Part shown: one piece after another, positions 18,511 through 28,682 of the stretch
How positions within the stretch are numbered: the stretch's first letter is position 1
Layout: each line of letters starts with the position of its first letter
NCBI GenBank assembly: GCA_026126105.1
Contig: JAHCJV010000005.1
Location: forward strand, 46,418-110,417
DNA length: 64,000 nt
Direction of reading: 5' to 3'
Source of the DNA: Enhydrobacter sp.
Lineage (GTDB): Bacteria; Pseudomonadota; Alphaproteobacteria; Reyranellales; Reyranellaceae
Translations under genes and position numbers: made by a program
The notes under the pieces: model-generated
What the model was told of the DNA's origin: nothing
Seen by the model: the letters and a program-made list of their open reading frames with translations, nothing else
Database searches by the model: none

Positions 18511-19260
18511 TTAATGTGCGGCGAGCGGCGAGGTGGCGTCGGCCCCGAAATAGGCATGCTCCAAACGATTCGCGAGATCGCCCTCACTGGCGCGGGCTTC
18601 GAGGACGATCGTGCCACGCGCCAAGGCGTAAACGCGATCGACAACGGCGACTGCCTTCTCGATCAGCTGCTCGACCAGCAACACCGCGGTGCCCGCCTCG
18701 CGCAGCCGGACGACGGCAGCGAGCACGCGGTCGACTAGCACCGGTGATAGGCCGGCCGACGGCTCGTCGAGCATCAGCAGCCGCGGCCGGGCAACGAGAC
18801 CCTGGGCGACGGCCAGCATCTGCTGCTGGCCGCCCGACAGGGTGACCGCGCGGTCGTTGCGCTTGGCGGCGATCTCGGGAAAGAACGTCAACGCCTCCTC
18901 GACCTGCGTCACGCGAACGTCACGCGGCAGGCCGTAGCCCGCCAGCAGGAGATTGTCGAAGACGCTGAGCTGCGTGAACACGCGATGGCCTTCGACGACA
19001 TGGACAAGTCCCGCGCGCACCGTCTCGCGCGGGCTGGCGGTGGAGATATCCTGCCCGGCGAAGCGCACCTGCCCGGTGCGCGGCAGAAGGCCGGACAGGG
19101 CACGCAGCAAGGTCGTCTTGCCCGCGCCGTTAGGGCCCAGCAGTGCCACGGCTTCGCCCGCGCCGATCGTGAGCGCGATGTCGCGCAGGACGACGATCTT
19201 GCCGTAGCCGGCCGTCAGGCCGCTGACCTGAAGGAGAGGCTCAGGCGCCGAGATAGGCAC
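18511..19260 (-). CDS. Branched-chain-type ABC transporter ATP-binding protein (LivF-like)
   Basis: GPNGAGKTT, LSGGQQQM, MLDEPSAGL, LLVEQ. Confidence 0.92.
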   Translation of the reverse strand: MPISAPEPLLQVSGLTAGYGKIVVLRDIALTIGAGEAVALLGPNGAGKTTLLRALSGLLPRTGQVRFAGQDISTASPRETVRAGLVHVVEGHRVFTQLSVFDNLLLAGYGLPRDVRVTQVEEALTFFPEIAAKRNDRAVTLSGGQQQMLAVAQGLVARPRLLMLDEPSAGLSPVLVDRVLAAVVRLREAGTAVLLVEQLIEKAVAVVDRVYALARGTIVLEARASEGDLANRLEHAYFGADATSPLAAH

Positions 19261-21034
19261 TGACCACCTCCCGGTGCGAGCGGATCTCGGCGGGTGTGCC
19301 GGCCGCCAGCACCTTGCCGAGGTTGAGAACGGTCACCCGATCGCAGATGTCGAAGATCAGGTCGGCGTGATGCTCCACCAGCAGCACTGCGGTTCCGGCG
19401 CGGCTGACCGCCTTGATCAGCGCGCCGAGCCGGCGGATCTCCTCGGCGGACAGTCCGGCGGCGGGCTCGTCGAGCATCAGGCAGGCCGGCCGCAGCATCA
19501 GCGCGCGGGCGATCTCGACGAAGCGCAGCTCGCTGTGCTGGAGGCGATCGGCGCGTACACCGGCGAGCGATTCGAGACCGACGACGGCGAGCGCCAGCAT
19601 CGCGGCCTCGCGCAGCTGAATCTCGTCCCGGCGATGGCGCGGCAAGGTGAGCAGCGATTCGGCGAAGCTGCCCTGGCCATCGATCGTGCCCCCGACCATG
19701 ACGTTCTCGAGTACAGAAGCCGCGCCGATCAGCCGCGGAGTCTGGAAGGTACGGGCGATGCGATGGGGCGCGCGCAGATGCGGTGCGCCCGGCGGCAGCA
19801 TCGCCGTGCCCAGCCTCACTTCCCCCTTCTGTGGCGCGTAGTAGCCCGAGATGACATTCAGGGTCGTGGTCTTGCCGCTGCCGTTGGGGCCGATCAGGCC
19901 GTGCACCTCGCCGGGACGGATCTCGAGATCAATGCCCGCAATCGCACGCACGCCGCCGAAAGACAGCTCAATGCCCTTGAGCGACAGCACCTCACCGTCG
20001 CGGCGCTCGTCGAGCAGGCGAGGCAGCAACTCGGGGCGGGGCGCGATCTCACGGTGCTGCTCGAGCGGCCGGCGGTTCTTGTAGTCGATCAGGTCGGCGA
20101 TGCCGCCCGGTATCACCAGTACGATCAGCAGCAGGAGCGCCGCGTAGAGAAACGTAGACCACTGTACCAGCGGCGCCGCAAACTCCGGCAGCACCGTCAG
20201 AAGGAGCGTACCGAGCGCGGGCCCAAGGATCGAGCCGCGACCGCCGATCAGGATGCCGATGAAGAACAGCACCGACATCTCGAAGGTGAAGGCGTCGGGC
20301 GTTATGTAGGACTGGAGCGACGAGAACAGGCCGCCCGCCACGCCGCCCAAGGCGCCTGCGAGCAGGAAGACCATCATCAGCAGCTTGGGCTTGGCGACTC
20401 CCGAGGCCTCGGCCGCTACTTCCGCATCGCGGATGGCGATCAGCCCCCGTCCAAAGCGGCTCGAGGCGATATTGGCAGTCATCCAGGTCGCGATCGCCGC
20501 CAGAAAGAAGCAGAAGTAGTAAAAACCCCAACCCGGATCGAACGGCCACGGGAACACGGGGCCCGGCGTGCCGACGCCGCCACCGGTCACGCTTTTCCAG
20601 GCCAGTGCCACCTGGGTCACGATGGTGGCGAAGCCCAGCGTCGTCATGGCAAAATAGAAGGTGCGAAGCCGCAGCGCCGGCAGGCCCACGACCACGCCGA
20701 ATACTGCCCCCATTACGCCGCCCGCGACGAGAGCGAGGTAGGGATGCCAGGGCTCGCCCACGTTGCCGGCGGCTAGCGCCGCCGTCGTGTAGGCACCGAG
20801 CGTGAGCATCGACACCCAGCCAATCGCGATCTGCCCGGCGTAGCCGACCACCAGGTTCAGCCCTGCGCCCAGGACCCAGTAGATGTAGGCCCGCTGGGCA
20901 ATGACGCCGATGTAGGAGTCGTCGAGAAGCGGCAACAGCAGGCCGACGAGCCCGAGCGCAATCCAGGCCAGCTTGCCTTCGAGCCAGCCCGTGCCGCCGG
21001 CACGAGCCTGTATTGGGGCGGCGGTGTCCGTCAT
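19241..21034 (-). CDS. Fused ABC permease/ATP-binding protein (LivM-LivG-like)
   Basis: GLNLVVGYAGQ, YFAMTTLGF, then GLIGPNGSGKTT, MLDEPAAGL, LVEHH. Confidence 0.9.
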   Translation of the reverse strand: MTDTAAPIQARAGGTGWLEGKLAWIALGLVGLLLPLLDDSYIGVIAQRAYIYWVLGAGLNLVVGYAGQIAIGWVSMLTLGAYTTAALAAGNVGEPWHPYLALVAGGVMGAVFGVVVGLPALRLRTFYFAMTTLGFATIVTQVALAWKSVTGGGVGTPGPVFPWPFDPGWGFYYFCFFLAAIATWMTANIASSRFGRGLIAIRDAEVAAEASGVAKPKLLMMVFLLAGALGGVAGGLFSSLQSYITPDAFTFEMSVLFFIGILIGGRGSILGPALGTLLLTVLPEFAAPLVQWSTFLYAALLLLIVLVIPGGIADLIDYKNRRPLEQHREIAPRPELLPRLLDERRDGEVLSLKGIELSFGGVRAIAGIDLEIRPGEVHGLIGPNGSGKTTTLNVISGYYAPQKGEVRLGTAMLPPGAPHLRAPHRIARTFQTPRLIGAASVLENVMVGGTIDGQGSFAESLLTLPRHRRDEIQLREAAMLALAVVGLESLAGVRADRLQHSELRFVEIARALMLRPACLMLDEPAAGLSAEEIRRLGALIKAVSRAGTAVLLVEHHADLIFDICDRVTVLNLGKVLAAGTPAEIRSHREVVSAYLGA

Positions 21035-21044
21035 GTGCGGCGCC

Positions 21045-21914
21045 TCATACCCGTCTGGCCGTCGCTGCCCCGGCGAGGCCTTCGGGCCTGAGCAGCAGCA
21101 CCACGATGAAGACAGCGAACACTGCGACAGCAGCGAAGATGCCGCCGACGAGGAAGTTGGCCGCTTGCTGGAACAGGCCAAGCGCCAGCCCGCCAATCAC
21201 GGCGCCGCGGTTGGAGCCCATGCCGCCAAGCGCCACGGGCACGAAGCCGTAGAAGTTCAGGATCGCCTGGTTGCCGATGAAGGCGAGCAGCATCTGCGCG
21301 CCGGTGAAGCCCGCCAAGGCGCCGATCACGCCGGCCAGGGCAAAGCTTGCCATCCTGAGCCGCGTCTCGGGAAGACCCAGCGCACGGGCGGCGTAGCTGT
21401 CTTCTGCAATTGCGAGGAACGCGCGGCCGATCAGCGTCTTGCGATAGAGGAACTCGAGGCCCGCAATTGTGACGGCGCAGGCCAAGACCGGCAGCCAGAA
21501 CTTCTGGTCGACGACGCCCCAGATCGAGTCGGCATCGATTGGGATCAGCACCGGGAACGGATACGCCTCGGTGCCGTACTCGATGGCGACGACCTGCTGG
21601 ATCATGAGCGCGAAGGCGAGCGTCGACAGCACGTAGAGGTGTTGCTCGACGCTTTTCAATACCGGCCGTACCGTCAGGATCTCTGTGACGATGCCGAGTG
21701 CGGCCCCGCACGCCAGCACCAGCACGAACGCCAGCACGGCGTTCATGCCCAATGTATTGATGAAGAGCGCGCCCAGCACACCACCCAGCATTCCCAGCAT
21801 GCCCGCGGTGAAGCTGAACACACGCGACGCCGAGAACATCACGTTGTACGTGATGCCGATCAGTGCGTAGACCGCTCCTACCGCAAGGCCGTAGGAAACG
21901 ATCGACTGGAACAT
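21045..21914 (-). CDS. Branched-chain-type ABC permease (LivH-like)
   Basis: GLAVGAVYALIG, ALGGMGS..GAVIGG, LLLRPEGL. Confidence 0.9.
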   Translation of the reverse strand: MFQSIVSYGLAVGAVYALIGITYNVMFSASRVFSFTAGMLGMLGGVLGALFINTLGMNAVLAFVLVLACGAALGIVTEILTVRPVLKSVEQHLYVLSTLAFALMIQQVVAIEYGTEAYPFPVLIPIDADSIWGVVDQKFWLPVLACAVTIAGLEFLYRKTLIGRAFLAIAEDSYAARALGLPETRLRMASFALAGVIGALAGFTGAQMLLAFIGNQAILNFYGFVPVALGGMGSNRGAVIGGLALGLFQQAANFLVGGIFAAVAVFAVFIVVLLLRPEGLAGAATARRV

Positions 21915-21917
21915 GGC

Positions 21918-23111
21918 CTAGCTGCTGTAGCCGGGGGCGATGTTGAAGGCGCCGTCCTTCAGCGAATTGACCTCGCACATCACCACTTCGGAGTCGGGGA
22001 AGCCGTTGTGCTGCTCGGGCGTCCAGGTAACCGTGCCGTAGATGCCCGGCCACCCCTTGACCTTGTTCATGTAACCGACGACGTCCTCGGCCTTGGTGCC
22101 GGCGGTCTTGAAGGTCTCGGCCATCATCATGACGCTGTCCCAACCCAGCGCCACCCACCAAAGCAGCGTATCGCTGAACTCGACCTTGGCCTTCTTCAGC
22201 CGCTCGACATACTCCGCCGCCTTCGGCAGCAGCTTGCCGTTGACGTAGCAGACCTGCCGGAAGTTATTCGAATAGACCTTGTTCCAGTACTCGGGCTTCT
22301 CGAGCAGGGCCTTGGTCTGGCCGGAACCAAGCGTGGTCTGGCCGACGATCGGCACGTCCCAACCCATCGCGCCACGCGTATTGCAGATGCGCGACAGGAA
22401 GCCGGCGTTGACGCTCCACGGCATGATCACCTGGGCGCCGGCGCTCTGCATGCGCAGGAGTTCGGGCTTGAGATCAGGGTTGGCTGCATCAACGTGGTTC
22501 TGGTAGACGACCTCCGCACCCTTGGCCTTGAGCATTGGCACGTATGTGTTCACCGATGCCGTGCCGTAGCCGGTGGTATCGCTGACCACCGCAATCTTCT
22601 TCAGCTTGAGCACATCGACGACATAGTGGTTGGCGCCGCCACCGATCTGGGTGTTGGTCGGTGCGATGCGGAAGGCCATCGGGTACTTCTTGACGTCGAT
22701 CAACTCGTCCACCCAGCACGGATGCAGCATCGGCACCTTGTCGCGCGCGATCAGCGGGGTGGCGGCGAGCGCCTCGCCCGAATTGACCGGCCCGAAGATC
22801 ATGGCGACCTTCTGGCGCTGCGTGAGTTCGGCCACGGCATTCACCGCCTTGGTCGGGTCGCTTTGCGTGTCGCGGCTGATGAGCTCGAGCTTGCGCCCGT
22901 TGACGCCACCTTTGTTGTTGATCTCTTCGACGCCAAGCTGGACGCCGCGATTGATGCCGACGCCAGTCGAGGAACTCGGTCCGGTAAGCGCCGGGAGATA
23001 TCCAATCTTGATTGGTTCGCTTTGCGCTATGGCAGGCGCTGACAGCCCGGTTGCGAGCGACACTGCCCCAGCAGCCGAGCCGGACAAGACAAGGCGACGC
23101 TTTATCAGCAT
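21918..23111 (-). CDS. ABC substrate-binding protein (Liv/type 1 periplasmic)
   Basis: Tat-like RR leader, IKIGYLPALTG, INNKGGVNGRKLEL..RDTQSDP. Confidence 0.9.
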   Translation of the reverse strand: MLIKRRLVLSGSAAGAVSLATGLSAPAIAQSEPIKIGYLPALTGPSSSTGVGINRGVQLGVEEINNKGGVNGRKLELISRDTQSDPTKAVNAVAELTQRQKVAMIFGPVNSGEALAATPLIARDKVPMLHPCWVDELIDVKKYPMAFRIAPTNTQIGGGANHYVVDVLKLKKIAVVSDTTGYGTASVNTYVPMLKAKGAEVVYQNHVDAANPDLKPELLRMQSAGAQVIMPWSVNAGFLSRICNTRGAMGWDVPIVGQTTLGSGQTKALLEKPEYWNKVYSNNFRQVCYVNGKLLPKAAEYVERLKKAKVEFSDTLLWWVALGWDSVMMMAETFKTAGTKAEDVVGYMNKVKGWPGIYGTVTWTPEQHNGFPDSEVVMCEVNSLKDGAFNIAPGYSS

Positions 23112-23200
23112 GGTGTTTCCTTCCCAAGTGCTTTGTTATTTGCATGCAGCATAGACGCTGGCCGATGGCGGTCAATAAAAGACGCCTTTAAGGTCCTGCC

Positions 23201-24550
23201 ATGGCCGTCGAACCACAAGCCGGTAAGCTGCTCACCACGATCCTCGACGGGATCGGCCAGCCGTTCTACGCGGTGGACGGGAACTGGCGCATATACCTGT
23301 ACAATCGTGACGCGGCGCAGCATTTCGGCCGCAGCGCAAAACAGATGATCGGCACGATGCTGTGGGAGAACTTCCCGCAGGACATCGACACCGAGCGCGG
23401 CCGCATCATTCGCGGCGCCATGGCATCGCGCGAAGTGGTACGCGGCGAGACTCTCTCGCTGGTGGGACGGTATATTTCCTACGTGATCTTCCCGCTCGGC
23501 GACGGGCTGGGCGTCTTCTTCCGCGACATAACCGACAGGCGCAATGCCGAACGCCAACGGGACGAAGCCGAGGAGGCGCTGCGCAAGCGGTCGGCCGAGC
23601 TCGAGGCCGTCCTCGAAACGATCCCGACGGCCGTATGGTTCACGACCGACCCGGAGCTGCGCAACGTCGTCGGCAATCGGCGCGCCACTGAACTGCTTCG
23701 CACGGCGCGAGAGGCCGACCTTTCCTCCACACTCAACCACCCGGACCACTTCGCCGTATTTCGTGAGGGCAATGCCGTGCCACCCGAGGCTCGGCCTCTG
23801 CACCGCGCCGCGCGCGGCGAGATCGTAAATAACGAGCTGCTGGAGGTCCGCTTCGCGGGTGGCGACCGCAGGATGATACTGATGCGCGCCGCGCCTCTAC
23901 GCAGCAATACGGGCGAGCTGCAGGGCGCGGTGGCCGCCGCAGCGGACGTCACGGAGCGGCACCGGCATGAGGACCACCTGCAGCTGCTGGTCAACGAGCT
24001 CAATCACCGCGTGAAGAACACGCTGGCGATCGTGCAGTCGATTGCAACCCTTACGCTGAAAGACATCGATCCTGCGGTCCGCGCCGCGTTCGAGGAGCGG
24101 CTCCTCACACTCAGCGGCGCGCACAGCCTGCTAACTGACGAGAGCTGGGATGGCGCTCATCTCGCTGCCGTGGCCCGCGCGTCGCTGCGCGCGGGCCGCG
24201 ACCGGATCAGCTTCGCGGGCGAGGACCTCCGGCTCAGGCCCAAGAGCGCGGTGGCACTGGCCATGGCGCTGCACGAGCTTGGCACCAACGCCTTGAAGTA
24301 CGGGGCCCTTTCAGTCGAGCAGGGCTCGGTTGCCGTGCGCTGGTCGACGAGCGACGGCCGATTTCGCCTGCACTGGGAGGAGCGAGGGGGACCGGTAGTA
24401 CTGGCACCGGTTCGCCGCGGTTTCGGCTCACGGATGATCGAGCGGGGCTTGGCGGCCGAACTGCGGGGCGAGGTCCGCATCGACTGGCGGCCGGAAGGCG
24501 TGGTCTGCACCATAGATGCGCCTTTGGTCGCAATCCACGAGAGGGTCTGA
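23201..24550 (+). CDS. PAS-domain HWE-family sensor histidine kinase
   Basis: ELNHRVKNTLA, LHELGTNALKYGALS, LHWEERGGP, GFGSRMIER. Confidence 0.92.
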   Translation: MAVEPQAGKLLTTILDGIGQPFYAVDGNWRIYLYNRDAAQHFGRSAKQMIGTMLWENFPQDIDTERGRIIRGAMASREVVRGETLSLVGRYISYVIFPLGDGLGVFFRDITDRRNAERQRDEAEEALRKRSAELEAVLETIPTAVWFTTDPELRNVVGNRRATELLRTAREADLSSTLNHPDHFAVFREGNAVPPEARPLHRAARGEIVNNELLEVRFAGGDRRMILMRAAPLRSNTGELQGAVAAAADVTERHRHEDHLQLLVNELNHRVKNTLAIVQSIATLTLKDIDPAVRAAFEERLLTLSGAHSLLTDESWDGAHLAAVARASLRAGRDRISFAGEDLRLRPKSAVALAMALHELGTNALKYGALSVEQGSVAVRWSTSDGRFRLHWEERGGPVVLAPVRRGFGSRMIERGLAAELRGEVRIDWRPEGVVCTIDAPLVAIHERV

Positions 24551-24551
24551 C

Positions 24552-24896
24552 GTGCGACGCGTGCTGGTCGTCGAGGACGAGGTGCTGGTCGGCATGATGA
24601 TCGAGGAGATGCTGCAGGACCTCGGCTACGAGTTGGTCGCGCTCGCGACACATCTCGATCAGGCGCTTGCTCTTGCGCGTAGCGAGTCGTTCGACTTCGC
24701 CCTGCTCGATATCAACCTCAACGGCAAGCAGAGCTTTCCGGTGGCCGATGTCATCCGCGAGCGCGGCCTCCCGTTTCTGTTCGCCACCGGCTACGGCGAC
24801 CGCATTCTTGATGCGCACTACACCGGCGCGCCGCTTCTGCAGAAGCCCTTCAGCCTCGAGGAGCTGCGCCGCGCGCTCAAGCGCGCTGGCCTCTGA
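24552..24896 (+). CDS. Single-domain response regulator
   Basis: VLVVEDE, LLDINL, FATGYG, QKPF. Confidence 0.9.
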   Translation: MRRVLVVEDEVLVGMMIEEMLQDLGYELVALATHLDQALALARSESFDFALLDINLNGKQSFPVADVIRERGLPFLFATGYGDRILDAHYTGAPLLQKPFSLEELRRALKRAGL

Positions 24897-24898
24897 CA

Positions 24899-25816
24899 TC
24901 AGGCCGCCGGCGGGACCATCGTGCCCTCCGGCAGCGATGTGCAGTGATCGTAGATGTTGGACGGCCGGGTGAACCAGACTTTGTCCTTCTGCGGATGATC
25001 GGCAATGTGCTGCAGTGCCTCGCGCAGCGCACGCAGGCGATAGGGCTGGCCGACAATCATGGTGTGGAGCGCGATGCCGCAGACCAGCGGCTGCTTAGCG
25101 GACTGGCGCAGCAACTCCTCGAACTGGCCAATGATCATGTCGCGAAAATCGTCGCCGGTATGGTGGCGAACCAGTATCTGCGGGCTGTCGTTGACCTCGA
25201 TCGGATAAGGCAGGCTCATCAGCCTGCCGGCGCGCGTCCTCATCCAGATCGGCTGGTCGTCGTTCGGCCAGTCCATCAGGAAGTCGTATCCCGTCTCCTT
25301 GAGAAGGTCGGGCGTGACGCGCGTCGACGCCATCCACGGCGCCATCCAGCCACGCGGGCGCTTGCCCGATGCCTTCTCGATCGAATCGCGGATCTCCTCG
25401 AGGAAGCGCCGCTCGTCGGCTTCCCACATGCCGCCATGCCGCTCGGCATTGGTGCGGCCGTGGCCGATGAATTCGTCGCCGCGCGCCTTCAGCGCATCAA
25501 CGATCTGCGGCGCGTAGTCGAACACAGTGGTATTGATCAGGTGCGCGGCCGGCAGGTTGAGTTCGTCGAACAGCTCCAGGCAGCGCCAGACGCCAACGCG
25601 GTTGCCATAGTCGCGCCATGCAAAAGTACGCGGATCGGGCGGCGGATTTGCGACGGTTAGCAGATGGCCTTCGCCCGCCCCGAAGGCGAAATGCTCGATG
25701 TTGAGGCCGAGATAGACCGCCAGCCGCTTGCCGCCGGGCCAGGAATAGTCCTTCCGATCGACGATCGGGGAATAGGGATAGCGGTCATGGTACGGCAGGC
25801 GGATGGTGTGGGTCAT
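24899..25816 (-). CDS. Polysaccharide deacetylase/PuuE-like hydrolase
   Basis: WRDYGNRVGVWR, HGRTN, RGWMAPW, DDQP, LPYPIEVND, LHTMIVGQPYR. Confidence 0.85.
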   Translation of the reverse strand: MTHTIRLPYHDRYPYSPIVDRKDYSWPGGKRLAVYLGLNIEHFAFGAGEGHLLTVANPPPDPRTFAWRDYGNRVGVWRCLELFDELNLPAAHLINTTVFDYAPQIVDALKARGDEFIGHGRTNAERHGGMWEADERRFLEEIRDSIEKASGKRPRGWMAPWMASTRVTPDLLKETGYDFLMDWPNDDQPIWMRTRAGRLMSLPYPIEVNDSPQILVRHHTGDDFRDMIIGQFEELLRQSAKQPLVCGIALHTMIVGQPYRLRALREALQHIADHPQKDKVWFTRPSNIYDHCTSLPEGTMVPPAA

Positions 25817-26640
25817 TTCGGAGCTCCGGCAACCTCGGCGTTCATGCGGCGGAAAGCGGCGACGGCGTTCGCATGGAACGCACGCTCCTCCGGCCCGGCC
25901 TCGACCAGCGGCCGCCGCTCGTCGTCGAAGTGTCCGTAGCTGTCCGTGCCGCGCACCAGCATCGCGGAGACCCGCGTCGGCATGGTGCAGCGCGCGTGGG
26001 TCGGGATGTAACTGATGCCAAGTCCGACGCGGCGCTGCGTCGATCGGTTGGGCCGTGAGTTGTGGACCAGATGCGTGTGATGGAGCGAGAACTGACCGGC
26101 CTTTACGGCCATATAGGCGGTGCGCGACCGGTCGACCTCAGCGGCCAGCGTCTGGCCGCGCGACAGCAGGTTGTCGGTATCCTGCATGTCGGCATGGCGC
26201 AGTTGCCCGAGCCTGTGCGAGCCAGGCACGACCTCCATGCAGCCCGATTCGATCGGCGCATTTGTCAGCGCCACCCAGGCCGTAACATGGCAGATCGGAT
26301 CGAGGGCAAAGTAGGTCGCGTCCTGATGCCAGCTCACATAGGTACCGGTGCCGGGATCCTTCGGCCAGACCGAGAGGTGGAACAGCCGGATGTCCGGGCC
26401 GATCAGGTCCTCGACCGCATCGAGTATCTCGGGTGAATGCACGATCTCGTCGACCCACGGGAAAAGAAGATGCGGCTTGAAGTTGTGGCCGCGCGTCATC
26501 TTCTGGCCTTCGGCGCGCTCGAACGCCTGCAGCCTCTCATGCCAGGCCTGGGCTTGCTCGGGCGAAAAGGCATCGACCGGGCAGACATAGCCGTCGCGCT
26601 CATACTGTGCGACCTGCTCGGAGGTGAGCTTCTTGAACAT
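25813..26640 (-). CDS. Phytanoyl-CoA dioxygenase (PhyH)-family Fe(II)/2OG oxygenase
   Basis: WHQDATY (HxD), TAWVAL, GCMEVVPGSH, LVHNS. Confidence 0.9.
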   Translation of the reverse strand: MFKKLTSEQVAQYERDGYVCPVDAFSPEQAQAWHERLQAFERAEGQKMTRGHNFKPHLLFPWVDEIVHSPEILDAVEDLIGPDIRLFHLSVWPKDPGTGTYVSWHQDATYFALDPICHVTAWVALTNAPIESGCMEVVPGSHRLGQLRHADMQDTDNLLSRGQTLAAEVDRSRTAYMAVKAGQFSLHHTHLVHNSRPNRSTQRRVGLGISYIPTHARCTMPTRVSAMLVRGTDSYGHFDDERRPLVEAGPEERAFHANAVAAFRRMNAEVAGAPK

Positions 26641-27401
26641 CAGTGCGCCGTCCAGCCGCCGTCGACGAACAGCAGCGTACCGGTGACGAAGGACGAGTCG
26701 TCGCTCGCCAGAAACAGGGCTGCCTTCGCCACCTCCTCGGGCTGGCCGATGCGCCCGATCGGGTGGCGCTGCTTCCAGAAACTGCGGGCTGCCTCCGGAT
26801 CTGCCTGGCGCAGCAGCGAGCGCGCCGGCATCGGCGTGTCGATGACCCCCGGCATCAGCGCATTTACCCGGATCCCTTGCCGCGCATGATCGACGGCGAT
26901 CGTCTTGGTGAAAGAGGCGATCGCACCCTTCGAAGCGACATAGGCGGCGTTCTTGCCGAGGCTCGATTGCGCGAGCTGCGATCCGACGGTGACGATGGAA
27001 CCCGACCCGGCGGCGATCATCGGCTGGATGGCGTGATGGATCCAGAGGTAGGTGCCCTTCACGTTAATGGCGAAAGTGCGATCCCAGGTCTCCTCGCTCA
27101 GCGCATCGACGGTGCCGCCGAGCGAGATGCCAGCCGCCGTCATCAGCACGTCGATCCGGCCCCATGTCTCCATCACGCGCGCGACCCCGTCGCGCGCGGC
27201 CCCGGCCTGGCTTACATCCGCTGCGATGGTGATCGCCTGTCCTCCCCCGGACTCGATGTCGGCAGCGACCTGGCCCAGCCCGACCTGGTCGACGTCGACG
27301 AGCGCGAGCTTCGCGCCTTCCGCTGCGAATAGCCGCGCCGAGGCTGCGCCGATGCCGGAGGCAGCTCCTGTGACGATGGCGACCTGATCCTTGAGCTTCA
27401 T
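26640..27401 (-). CDS. SDR family oxidoreductase
   Basis: TGAASGIG, YVASKG, IRVNALMPG, VTGTLLFVDGG. Confidence 0.95.
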   Translation of the reverse strand: MKLKDQVAIVTGAASGIGAASARLFAAEGAKLALVDVDQVGLGQVAADIESGGGQAITIAADVSQAGAARDGVARVMETWGRIDVLMTAAGISLGGTVDALSEETWDRTFAINVKGTYLWIHHAIQPMIAAGSGSIVTVGSQLAQSSLGKNAAYVASKGAIASFTKTIAVDHARQGIRVNALMPGVIDTPMPARSLLRQADPEAARSFWKQRHPIGRIGQPEEVAKAALFLASDDSSFVTGTLLFVDGGWTAH

Positions 27402-27461
27402 GGGACGCGAGCTTAGCCTGCGCCGGGGTCTACGCTAAATCCCAAATACCGGAGGAACGCC

Positions 27462-28625
27462 ATGAAAGACGCGATGGACAGACTGCTCGGGGACAGCGTG
27501 AGCAAGGGCGAGGTGCCAGGCGTTGTCGCCGTGGCAACCGACGCCAAAGGCACGACCTACGAGGGCGGTTTCGGCAAGCGCGTGCTCGGCGAAGCCGCCG
27601 ATATGACACCCGATACGGTAGTCTGGGTCGCCTCGATGACCAAGGCGATCACCGGCGCTGCCGCGATGCAGCAGGTCGAACGCGCTAAGATCGGCCTCGA
27701 TGCGCCGGCCAGGGACGTGATCCCGTATCTCGGGGAGGTCGAGGTCCTCGAAGGGTTCGATTCGGCCGGCAAACCCCGGACGCGCAAGCCAAAGCGCGAC
27801 ATCACCCTGCGCCACCTGCTCACCCACACCGCCGGGTTCAGCTACGAGATCTGGAACGCCGACATCATCAAGTATCAGACGGCGATGGGTGTCCCGGGCA
27901 TCACCGGCTGCGAGAACAAGGCGCTCACGACCCCGCTGCTGTTCGACCCGGGCGAGCGCTGGGACTACGGCATCAACATCGATTGGGCCGGCAAGATGGT
28001 CGAAGCGACCAGCGGCAAGAAGCTCGGGGAATATTTGAAGGAGAACGTGCTTGGGCCGCTGGGGATGGACAGCACGGCCTTCTTCATCACGCCGTCGATG
28101 CGCGAACGGCTCGCCCGCATCCACCATCGCGGCCCCGACGGTTCATTGACGCCGGACATGGCCCTCGAGATTCCGCAGCAGCCGGAATTCGAAATGGGCG
28201 GCGGCGGACTCTACGGCACGGCCGGCGACTACGCGAAGTTCGTGCGCATGATGCTGAACCAGGGTCGGTCGGATCGGGGCGAGCAGGTGCTGAAGCCCGA
28301 GACGGTGGCGCAGATGTCGAAGAACGCCATGGGCGACTGCAAGGTCGGCCTGCTGCGGACGGCGATTCCGCCGCTTTCGAACGACGCGGAGTTCTTCCCC
28401 GGCATCGAAAAGCAATGGGGCCTTTCCTTCATGATCAACAACGCGCCGGCGCCGACCGGACGCTCCGCGGGCAGCCTGGCGTGGGCAGGGCTCGCCAATA
28501 CCTACTACTGGATCGACCAGGCCAAAGGCGTGGGCGGCGTCTATGCCACCCAGATCCTGCCATTCGCAGACACCAAGTCGCTGCCGCTCTTCTACTCGTT
28601 CGAGAAGGCTGTCTACGACGCCTGA
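27462..28625 (+). CDS. Serine hydrolase, beta-lactamase/esterase family
   Basis: ASMTK (SxxK), LLTHTAG, WDYGIN (YxN), WAGLANTYYWID. Confidence 0.9.
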   Translation: MKDAMDRLLGDSVSKGEVPGVVAVATDAKGTTYEGGFGKRVLGEAADMTPDTVVWVASMTKAITGAAAMQQVERAKIGLDAPARDVIPYLGEVEVLEGFDSAGKPRTRKPKRDITLRHLLTHTAGFSYEIWNADIIKYQTAMGVPGITGCENKALTTPLLFDPGERWDYGINIDWAGKMVEATSGKKLGEYLKENVLGPLGMDSTAFFITPSMRERLARIHHRGPDGSLTPDMALEIPQQPEFEMGGGGLYGTAGDYAKFVRMMLNQGRSDRGEQVLKPETVAQMSKNAMGDCKVGLLRTAIPPLSNDAEFFPGIEKQWGLSFMINNAPAPTGRSAGSLAWAGLANTYYWIDQAKGVGGVYATQILPFADTKSLPLFYSFEKAVYDA

Positions 28626-28682
28626 CCGGCGGCCGTCGCGGCGCTGGGCGGGGCCTTCAAAGTGGGCTAAGGGGACGGACCT

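Noticed and set aside
25813-26640. Possible non-heme iron halogenase
   Set aside because: The HQD facial triad keeps Asp, whereas halogenases have Ala/Gly at this position
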